DNA of 64,000 bases from Pelomyxa schiedti (taxonomy: Eukaryota > Protista > Evosea): contig JAHLWZ010000505.1 of the NCBI GenBank assembly GCA_020536535.1, positions 171,027 through 235,026 on the forward strand, read 5' to 3'. The translations under genes were made by a program, and so were the position numbers. Numbering within the stretch: position 1 is the first letter of the stretch; each line of letters starts with the position of its first letter. Positions 12,909 through 23,786 of the stretch are shown piece after piece. A model generated the notes under the pieces. It was not told the DNA's origin. It saw only the letters and a list, made by a program, of their open reading frames with translations, and did no database searches.

Positions 12909-15900
12909 ATGCAAACAGTGAAAGAGGCACTGTCGCGAGCGGGGGTCGATGTCAAACCACTCGAAGATCTGCACTTCGATTTGGATGTGGCTCTTTCCTG
13001 CAATTTCGTCTCTGTTCTCGCTGAAAATCGCGAGGACATGTAGCCTTCGTACTACAACATTGTCTACGACGCTGCAGTCCGTTGTCTTTCTGAAATAAAA
13101 GAAAACGACGATGACCAGTTGAGTGAGAAGTTGTCAGGTTCCTTTCAAGGATAACCGAAACACGATTGTTCTAAAATGAAACAGAAATTGGGATGAGTGG
13201 TGCCTCGGATTTGTTGAGCCGAGCATTGAGGACAATGGGAAAGCCCTGCACGGTGCCAGCCCTGCGGGAACTTCTGTCCATGCCTGATATTCCACCTCCA
13301 CTTTTGGACACTTTAAATTCTAAAAAAGTAGGATGGCTCCCAAAACTTCGGCGCAGATTGGTTCCCATTATTGACCCCGGAGGAACTCCATCATCCAGCA
13401 TCGAGTCATTTCCAGGGAAGCTGACCGAGGCAGGATTCCAGGATTTGGAAGACCTCGTTGGTTTGGATTCTAGTGACTTTCGAACACTCACCGAGGCACT
13501 GAGAATTCCAAGGGTATCTGCGAACAAACTGCTGCAGAAAGCCAAGGACCTCGTTGGAAGCGGAAAAAAACCGCTGTGCCTCACACTGGAACACGCAACT
13601 GGGATCCACAGCTTGATCACCACCGTCAAAGAGGCACACAATGGAAACACAGTGAACAAGGTCACCCTTGTCACACAGAAGGTTGTGACTCTGATCAACC
13701 TGATTTGTAAGGGCAGCTGTTCACCCAGTGGTGACAGCATTGCCTTTGACAAACTCGATGACTGTTTTGACTTTGTCACCATTGGGTTTTTTGGTGACCT
13801 CGCATTGATCACCAATTTCCTGGTGCGAATTGGTGCTTTTCCTGAAGGCAAGAAACTCCCTGAGAGCAATGGTCAGGCAGAGATACACACCTTCATCACC
13901 CAGTTTGCAGAAGGATCTGAAATGAGAGGAAAGTCAGTGATGATTCTTGTCTTTGTTCCAGGGAGCACAAGCTTTTCCAACGTTCAGGAGTCTGATCCTG
14001 CGTGTCTCTCTCTGCGGCTTCTTTACAGTCTTTGTGACAGGATTTTCATGTGCTTGTCTGAGTCAATGCTCACTGAAATTCAACAAAGAAGAGGAGAAGC
14101 TGAAACACCAAGGGTTGTTAAATGTGAAGTCGAGAAGAGGGCAATCAAAAAAGATAGGTGCGATTTCCAGAAAGGCTTTGCCCAGAACCTCAGCCTCCCA
14201 TCGTCAGATTCACCTTGGATAATGATCCGAGGAGAAGACAGGGTTGCCTTTGTCTGTTGGGAGAAAACCAATGATAGTACATTGCCCTCCCCACTCAGAG
14301 GACAGATACCAGCGTATTGCTTTTCATCGCCGTTCAAGGATTTGTTGGGTGGGAGGGAGCTGTGCACTGGCACCCTCCCTTATCGCGACAAGTTGGCACT
14401 CCTTCGGTTGTTGAATCCCACTGCCACTCAATCAGTTGAAGATGGAAACAAGGGTCCAATCAATAATCTTCAGAGGGTTGCAAAGGAACAAATGAAATTG
14501 ATACTAATGAGATACTTCAAGCACGAGTGGGGACTGTTGCAGCTTGAAGCACCTTGTTCACCAAGCGGTCATTGTGCTGATCTGGACCCATCCAGGCTGA
14601 GAGATATCATCAATGCATGCCTTTCAAAGACAACGTCTGTTGTTTTTCTCTTTGAGGAGTTTTGCCCCAAAAAAACCCAAAGTCAAATCAGTGATTTCTT
14701 GAGTCTCACAGAACATGAAATGAAGCAGAGGGTCATTCAATTTACGAGTGATCATCCACCAAGGCCCCACGTTCCACTTTCTTCTGTTTCATCGTTGGGG
14801 TTTGAGCCACACTTCATTTCTGAAATCACTTCCATGTTGAAAAAGAAGTTCATATATCAGTGTGAAGCACTCATCAAAGAAATTGAAGATGAGGTGTGCA
14901 GCAACCCTGATGAATTTTGCAGTGGGTCACCATTTTCTTTGGAGCTGGAAACCGCAATTCGCAAAGAAACTCCACACACAAAGCCGGAAAAAGTGACCCT
15001 GACAATGTTAGAAGTGGGTGACAAAGCAAACCCACAAGTCACCATTACCATGGAGATGTCTGGAAAAGTTCCACAACACATGAAGTTCACAGTTGTGGAA
15101 CTGCGTTTGAAGACAACTGATGGGCGTTCCAATTTCACTCTCGCACCTCCTTTTTGTTTTGATTTGGACTTGGCGGCTGTTATTGGTTGTTTTCTCTTGC
15201 CGGAAGGCAAAGCGATGGTTGTTGGTGTTGACACTGCCAACCCTTCAAATTATCTCATCTGTATCCACCACGAGGGCACACGCTTCCTCAGTTCGAAACT
15301 GCCAAAGAAAGGTTGCATTTCCCATGTCAACTTTTGTGCAATAACGAGAATTCTGGTGATGTGTTACTCCTTGCCCGAGTCCAGTGTCTGTGCTTTGAAA
15401 TTCAACGGCTCGTATTCGAAATATGAGAACCTGGGCAATCTCTCAATTGCTGATGATGCCGATCTTGCGGGTGTGAATGGAATTTTCCCAGTTCCAGAAG
15501 GGCAAAAGGTTGTTGTGACATTCCCAACAGTGGCCAAGCTCTTTGACTTTGAGCACAGAACCATTTCCAAGCTGCCACAATTTGATGGTCCTGCATTTTT
15601 CCTCGGTCCAGAGTTCTTCGTCACTGTGAAACCATCACATGAGAGGGAGTCGTGTGTTGTTTCTGTGAAAAGTTGCCTGCAACCCTCCAAAGACCAGAAC
15701 TGGGAAACAAACCTCCTGAACCCACACCTGTTGCCATCAACACTTCTTACAAATTTTCAGGTTGATGGTGGGGATGGGGCACCAGAATTACAGCTGGTAC
15801 AGTTCAACCCCACCTCCCGTCACGTTTCCACAGTGGTCTTGTGTGCTGCAATGAAGCAAGCAAAGTTCTCTCTGCAGATGACCTCACAACCAAGTTGCCC

Positions 15901-18900
15901 TTCCTGCCTGCCCGATTACCTGCCTCTTATGTTAAGCAAGTTCCCAATCACAGCTGTTTGTGATATTGCATCGGAAGCGAAAACACACAAGTTGACAGTC
16001 ATTGTCCCATCAGCAACACCCGAGGCAAAGAGACTGATCTCCCAGCGTCTGGGGGAATACAAAGAGAAGCTTGTCGGTCTTTTCAAAACACTTGGCACAG
16101 CTGACAAGTTCTTCACGGAACCTGTGACTTGCAGCATTGATCAAGGATGGATTGAGACCGAACCGCTCCAACCAACAGGGTTTGGAACGTGGCTGAAAAC
16201 ACTCATTTCACTCGTTCCTGTTCAAATTGCTCGTGTTGACAACAACTGTTTGGTGTTGTGCAACAACAAGAGTTCTTCACAGGGAAATGATATGATTCAG
16301 TTCGCACAGACCCAGCACAGTGTTGCAGAAGGGATTTCATTTGGGCTCCTTGATGCCATTTTCTCATCATGTTTCAACAAACCAGTTCTTGTTGTCACAT
16401 CGATGGGAAAACAGAGCACAGGGAAGAGTTACACTCTCAACCACCTCTTGGGTGTTCTCTTTGACATCTCTGGTGGGAGGTGCACTGATGGTTGTTGGAT
16501 GAGTGTTCGCGAGTATTCTGATTACTTGATTGTGGCTTTGGATTTTGAGGGCCTTTGCTCGCCAGAGCGTTCTGAGCAGGAAGATATTCTCCTTTCTCTG
16601 TTGAACGCATCCGTTTCAAACATGACTCTTTTCAAGACTGAATTTACAATTGATCGGGAAACAGAAAGAATGTTCAGGAACTTCCAAGAGGGTGTTGGAA
16701 TGTTGAAAGGGGATGACAAACTCTTCAAGGGTTGTTTCACTCTCATGGTGAAAGATGTTTCTGAAAGGGACATCGCAAGCTTAACCACAGAATTCAAGGA
16801 AAAGTTTAATAGCTTTGTGGAAACAAACCAGGGACAAAACTTCCTTTCTCAAATGTTTCCAGGAATGTTCACGATGATTATGTGTTCCCCGCTTGGAACA
16901 TCTGGCTATACTGAGAGTTTGCAGAACTGTGCCGAAATACTGCAGAAGCAAACACCACAGTTCCACAGTGGAGAAGAGTTCTCCTCGATGCTCAAACTGA
17001 TTCTCGCGAAGTTGCACTTGAAGGACTGGTCTTCTCTCTTGGGAAAAGACATGGTGATTGTGGTTCGAATGCTCCAAGAACAGCTCCCTTGGGCCGTGCA
17101 CTTCGGCAGAAAGTCACAAGCCATGGGCCACCAGGGACAACTTGTGAATTTGTCAACTGGTGAAGTTGTTTCCCGCTCGGAATCAGTCACAGTCTCTGGC
17201 ATAAGCATTCCCATTCCGAACTTCGATCTGCAAGCAGACCGGGAGGCAGATTTCACCAGGATACGAGACGAGTTCAAATCTTGCTTTCAGCAAAATCTTC
17301 CAACACCAGCGAAGCAGGCCAACTTCAGATCGTGGCACAGTCAATTCAGAAATTTTGTGCACCAGGTCATTGAGAGCAGGAAGAGGCATGTGAGGGATTG
17401 GGTCTGTGCAAATACGAACAAGTCCCCTGGTTCTCAGCGCGGTTTCCCCACAGAAGTTCCCACTGCCTCTGTTCCCCCACCTCAGAGCGAATGCCCCGAA
17501 GTCAAAGTATTTTGGAACACAGTGGACTCCTCGCTGCGGCAACTGGATGCACTCGAGGTTTGTTCAGACATGTGCACTCGGTGTCGATTGCCGTGTTTAC
17601 TTCTGTATGCGCATTCAGCACAACACAACTGCAATGGATCTCACAAGTGCGAAGCTGAGTGCACTTATTGCAGGTCCGCGGGCACATGCGCCTATCAGGC
17701 TGGTCACGAAGGTAATCACGACTGCACAAGAGGCCACAGATGCAACAAGGACTGTTCTCTCTTGTGCAAAACAGGTTGCAACATATTCTGTTCTCTTGCG
17801 GTCAATCATGCTGGTCCGTGCATGTGCAATTCGCAGCAACACCTGTGTGGTGAGACATGCTCTTCTCAGGGGCCAAAAGAACCCTGCGGCAAGCCGTGCA
17901 CGCTCCCTTGTGACCATCATCGAAAACACAACTGTGGAAGCAAGCACTGCCTGCACAGTTGCAGCTTCCCCAAGTGCACAAATCAATGTGCATCTGCCGA
18001 TCATTTTCATGGGGACGAATCATCGGCTTCCTCCTTCCTGCACGCATGTGGCAAAGAGCACGCGTGTCCGTCAGAGTGCGAGAATGCTGGCTGGTGCCTT
18101 GTTGAATATATTCAGAAGGTGGAAAGGCTTTCCTATAAGGGCCGAAGGGGAAAATTTTTTTATGAGAGATCCACTGTTCCGGAACCAAGAAAGCTCCCTT
18201 GTTGCAAAAGGGTGCCACCAGGGCGGCAAGTCCATGAGGGATCTCACTCTTGCACTTATCCACAATCTGACCATCGTTGCAAACACTCGTGCCCAACCTG
18301 TGGTTATATTTGTGAATTCCCTTTCGGACACCCTGGCAAGCATGCAGCGGCACACGGAAACATGATCAAAACACAATTTGTTTCCAGTGGCAAAGACATT
18401 GACCTTGATGGTCGTTTGTATGGCGCCGGTGAACCAGGCGTGGCCGAACTCTGCAACATGTTCTGCAACAAACTTGGCAGGCACATTCACATCCTCCCGT
18501 GCACAGCAGAGGGCAATGAGCCCTGTTCTCACACTGGAGAAGGAGGCATAAGGCACGCCACCGCTACGTACTTGCCGAATCCCGATAGTCCAAAGGATGA
18601 GCTGACACACAAAGGTTACTGGAATGCAATTAAGTTCCGAGATCCTTGCACACCTGAACACAGGGATATTTTCAAATTGTGCAACTTCCAGTGTACCGAC
18701 AATTCTCACTCGAATGAGCGGTGCCGTTGCATGCTTCCTCTTTGGCATGAACCTTGTGCCTTACAAGCCAACGAACAGCAACAGTTTCCAGGTGAAAACG
18801 TTGGATACGCCACATCAGATGGACACATATTCCCCAAAAAGCATGGACCCCCAGAAAACTTGCACATCGTTTTCTGCCTCGACATCTCCACATCCATGTC

Positions 18901-20098
18901 AAAACGCAACCGGTGGGAAACTCTTAAGAGAGGTGTTGAACATTTCATTTCTGCCAGAAACAAACCAAAGGATGCTTACAGCATTGTTCTTTTCCACGGC
19001 AAGGGAATTCTTGCCTGTGATAGAGTGTCACAGGAGGAGGCCAAGAATCACATTAAAAGGGAACCTAAATTTGGGGGAGACACCAAGTTTTCAAGTGGTC
19101 TGGCAGTTGCGTATCGAAAGTTGAGGGATACCAAATGGTGCGTTTTTGCCCACATTCTTTCTCTTTTGCTGTTGTGTTCACCAAAAATAAAAAGGGATGA
19201 GTACCGGGCTGCTCTCATATTTATGTCGGACGGAGAGGATGAGAACTCGGAATGGGAAGACAGCATGCTGAACATCAAGCACCTCGCAGAGGAAAACCCA
19301 AGGTTGGTTTCAACTTTCGTGATTGGAATAGGCGATGGCTTCAACACCAAAAAGCTTCGAAGTGTTGCCGAAACCGGCGGTGCCCATTTCCTAACCGTCG
19401 ACGCTGTGTGTGAAAATCTGACAGCAGTGTTACAAGGAATAGACGCCGAGGCGCAACTGGTGGCTCTTGTGCCAGCATTGACCCCCCCAACTCCACCTCC
19501 CAATGCACAACGACCCGGTGCACAGGAGGCTACGGTGCCGGATAGGTCACTCAGATCCACATCGGCTCTCACCCTCACATCTAAATCTGTATCCATATCC
19601 GCATCCCGACCCGCAGCCATTTTCTCACCCAACGGTGCTTCTTCCATATCCAAAAGATCCATACCCATACCCATACCTGTACTCTCACCTTCCTCCACCT
19701 CCACGTCCACATCCACATCCATATCCATATCCACGTCACTTCCCATGCATGTTCCCAACGGATTTGAGAAATTAGAGGAGAACGGTGCTTCTGTACAAAG
19801 TCAGACTTTGGGACTCACACTAAGGCTTTTTGGTACAAAACCAAATCACCTCCAGAGACACTGTGTCATCTCAGTACAGCTTGTTATGGGAACAGCATTG
19901 CCATGCACATTTAATGTCCTCTGTGCCTGCTGCATGTGTGTTTATTTCACAGAAAAAAAGAATTCTTTTTTCTGTACCAAGGTTTTGTCACCAAAAAAAC
20001 TCCTTTCTCCTTCCATGCACAGGGACTGCTGCAGGATCGAGCACATTTTCTGGTCCACCCTTTCAATCCAAAAGAGCAGATTTTTCCATCCACCCTGA
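12909..20098 (+). CDS. Giant GTPase - Cys/His-rich - VWA protein, copy 3 (in-frame TAG in exon 1; truncated allele or incipient pseudogene)
   Basis: Exon 1 (12909..13137) is homologous to copy 2 exon 1 but has TAG at 13041..13043. Intron 13138..13184 leads into the intact ORF 13193..20098, which has the GTPase motifs and VWA DISTS...SDG. The homologous VWA intron is 19138..19194. Confidence 0.82.
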
Positions 20099-20162
20099 GA
20101 ACAACACCCTTCGTTCATCAAAACGAATTTTTTTGAGTCCCCTTTCGGGTTTTTTCCGATAA

Positions 20163-22665
20163 ATGAACGGTGAAGCAGAACACGACACTTCGGTGTCATC
20201 AACAACGCTGACGAAGTCAGTTGGTGATGCTGGGTCATCGTCGACGAGCGATGTTGACATTATGGGAGGTGGAGCAGTGTGTTTGGGCCCAGATCTGTCC
20301 TCCTCCGAGGCAATCGTTGTCAAAGTATCAGGTTGTTGATGCAAATTTGTTCATTTGTGAGAGCACTTTTTTTTTTTTTTTTTTTGGTGTTACGAATCAA
20401 GTAACTTACAATTGCTGAAGAACAGTTGGGAATGAATGAGGTGGTTGGATTGGACATAGAATGGAGCAATGAACCTGGTGCTTCAAACGTTGGTTTGGTT
20501 CCTGATCCACTGATACCTCCATCCAATTTATTCCCAACTTCAAGCGTTGATTCAACTCTGTGGGGAAGCTACTTGCGTTCTTCTGTGTGTGGAGACCGTC
20601 ACTGAGCTGCCTCTGTCAATTGCAGCTCTCCTGAAAAATCCAAAGTTGGTATCTTGTCTTCATCACAGCAGTGCTAATATCTGTGTCAGCGTTATCAAGT
20701 CTGGAGTTGGCATACACAGTGATACGAAACGAATATGGAGTAAATTCCGAGTATGAGGTGATTTGCGCTATGGTAACACTGAGAACTACCTAGGTCCCAA
20801 CATTTCCCTGTGTAGATCTACAGCTTCTTGCTTTACAGTTCCCTCAATATGCCACTAATGGTATACAATTTCAGTACTTACATTTCTCAGTACGACTTCA
20901 CAGGAGTAAGCTTGAAAGCACTTTCACAATCAGTTTTGGGGGTCACCCTTTACAAAGAGAGATCCCTGCAGTAACCTAACATTTATGTCCCTTACTGAAA
21001 CTGATAATCTTCTTTAAGATGTGGAAATTGGGCCCTGTACCCATTGTCTGATGCACAGCAAGCATATGCAGCTATGGATGCTTGGGTGAGTGGCTCCTCA
21101 ACACCCCGAGTAATTTATTTTACTAACTTGGATTAGGTCTCAAGACAAATTTTGGTGGAATTGCACAAAAGGCATGGTGTCTCAGGGGATACGTTGACTA
21201 TGTTTTGCTCTCCATTCATTGACCTGAGTCCTAAACACCTTGAGGCCTTTGTGCAAAAAAGGATAAAGCCTGAGTCTGTAAGTACTGTGCACTCTTGTAT
21301 TGCTTCAAACATCACAAAAGGGTGAAATTGACAATAAAGGAACTTCCGCAGTTCAGGTAGTGCTCCTCTTATTTTGACTAAATTGAATTGTGAAATAGAA
21401 AGAAGATGCTTCTATTTCCAAAAAAGATTTTAAAGGAGTTTGTCAACTCCAAACACGGGGTGGAGTAATCCTCCATGACGTCGATGAAAAAAGGTTACAT
21501 TGGTACCTATCTCGAGGACTGGCGGGTTTTTTTCCTCCTCTAACAACGTTCCTCCTAATGCTGAACAGAAATGATTTCCGCTGACCCTCCTCAGGCTAAA
21601 TTGTTATTTGACCCAGTGCCAAGGCTTCCAGAAAACCAGTTGTTCATTTGGACAAAGGAGGCCAAGTACTTCCTGGATCTTTCGAACTTAATTTCTGACG
21701 AATTGCAAGTTGCGTTGTCTGTGATAGAGCAGACTCTTTGTGTAGATTCTCCGTTGTTCCTCCCAAGTACAGGAAGTACATTCCCCCGGAATATAAAGTA
21801 TCCCTCATCACTTCCTACAACTACTCTCAATTGGCTTTTCCAACAGGATATGCACTCCCCAAATGTAGTCCTTCTGTGCCCTCCCTGCCATACAAACGCC
21901 CTTGATGTAAGAAGGTTTTGGTTTGATTTTGAAATGGCCTAACGAACCACAGGCACTGACCCAGATGGATAAAATCTTGGAAAAGGAGAGTGGTCTTCCA
22001 CTCTCTGCTCTTTCACACCAAAAATTTTGTGAGCAATCAAACATGGTGCGCCTCTGTGCTAATTCCTTACTTTGTATGACATAAGTAAGGCATTCAAAGC
22101 TGCAACTGCGCTTAAGAACTACCGTGCCAAAATGAACCCTGAAGTACAATTCATGTATTTATTTTTTTTGGAAATATGACATTGTCTAGAAAATTCAAGC
22201 CTTCTATGACCTAGTAAAAAGCCACCTCATTTCAGTTGGATCGCTTCCAATGGACATACCATCAACGGAGACTACCTCTACACTGGCATTTATTCCTTCC
22301 ACAACCACTACAACTTCAACTTCAACAACTCCAACTTCAACTCCGACTCCAACTCCAACTTTAACACTGTTACCATCAACAACAGAGCCCTGTGTATCCA
22401 AGGACACTATGGCAATTACTTTACCAGATGACACCATCATAGCGGAGCATGTAGAGCTCCTTTTGGCAGCTGGAAAGCCTGATGTATCAAAACTTGACCC
22501 TGCAAAGAAATACATGGCACAATTCACTACAGCAGACCAACTGGAGGCATTTTGCCACAGGTGAGTCAATCCAATCATACCAAATAACTAACTATTGGCA
22601 ATAGGTGGAGGCAACAATTTTTGAGTGTTATGAAACCAAAACACTTGCCAAGCTACTGGGACTAA
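20163..22665 (+). CDS. EXD2: EXD2-like 3'-5' exonuclease (DEDDy/WRN-exo domain plus HNH-like zinc domain)
   Basis: Spliced exons give VVGLDIEW, ALIQL, GVGIHSD, YAAMDAW, CVVCD...VVPPKYRKYIP...NVVLLCPPCH and the C-terminal WRQQFLSVMKPKHLPSYWD*. This closely resembles the EXD2 C-terminus. Confidence 0.88.
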
Positions 22666-22848
22666 TGTAATGCAACACCAAGAAAAAAAAGAATTGTTTT
22701 TCTTTTTTTTTTTTTTGGCATTAATTGCCGGTGAGGATAGTTAATCCCTTTGGTCGTGTCTGGTGCTCATTTTTTCATTTCCTTTTTCGTGTGAGATCCA
22801 AGAAGGGGTTGGGAGAGCCCCACTGCACAACAGGGAACAAAAGATCAT

Positions 22849-23786
22849 ATGCCGGCCATTGTCCGCGTTGCAGTTCTGATCGTTCTTTCTTGCTCTATCA
22901 TTATTGGCAGCTGTGACGTGTATTCACAGTTGCAATCTTCAGCCTGGTATACGTACAAAACAAAAGGTATGTTTTCTTTTTCCCGTTCCAAACCTGAGTA
23001 ATAATATTATTTCCGGCTAGAATCTTTTGTGAGGTACGAGACTCAAAATGATGTACTTACGTCTGGTCTAGTGCCTCTAATACAGCTGTATGACGTATGT
23101 GTACCTCTGTTTGTGAGGGGAGAATGCTAATACAACATATCAGACAACATTGTGGCTAGTTCGGATTTCTCTTCTCCTCCAGGAAAAAGACATATATTAG
23201 TTGCATCTTGTTGACTTCGCACAGGGTATCCAGTTGATTTACGGCATATGTATTCTGCTTACATGGCGGCCGAGTTACGAGAGTTCAAGTGCAATTTCGC
23301 TACAGTATGCGACGAATCTTCTACTCCTTTAAAGAAACGCTAACCCACGCAATTAGAGCAACCTTCAGTCTATTGGTGGTCGCCAGCACAGTGTTTGAGT
23401 TGTGGGCAGTAAGCAACTTCTTATCGCACCCTACAGCCCTTTTATCTTCTGGACTATGTAGAAGGCCTGAGTCACAGTGCCGCACTTTTTCCGGTTACAA
23501 GAGTACTATTTCCACAACCGACTTGGTCTCCTGGGGACCAGGTAAGCCCTTCCATGTCTCTCCCATTCCCACATGTCACCTTCTTAGTTCGTTCCTAGGT
23601 CCCGCCTGGTACATCTGCCTGGGCTGCGCCCTGCCGTGCTTTGTTTCCCTGTTTGCCGCGCTCTCAGTCAGGAAGACCACATTCGACGACATATGGGAGG
23701 AGACACTCATCGAGCATACACACGAAGTAGCCACCCTCCACACTTCCCACTTGACCCAACTTGCACATTCACACGAAACGACCTGA
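22849..23786 (+). CDS. Small multi-pass membrane protein, claudin/PMP22-like
   Basis: Hydrophobic N-terminal helix MPAIVRVAVLIVLSCSIIIG, further hydrophobic segments (ATFSLLVVAST), and a WG..GPAWYICLG motif before the last TM. Canonical introns. Confidence 0.55.

Noticed and set aside
13041-13043. Genetic-code reassignment or pyrrolysine as an explanation of the in-frame TAG
   Set aside because: TAG terminates other genes here (GPCPD1, reticulon, DCAF15), and no other in-frame TAG occurs in the long ORFs.
107-19758. Many antisense and alternate-frame ORFs repeated across the three GTPase copies (e.g. 2296..3114, 17406..18365, His-Pro ORFs 4249..4494 and 19503..19775)
   Set aside because: They are shadows of the long coding frame and its hexamer repeats. 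They recur because the paralogues are near-identical in DNA.
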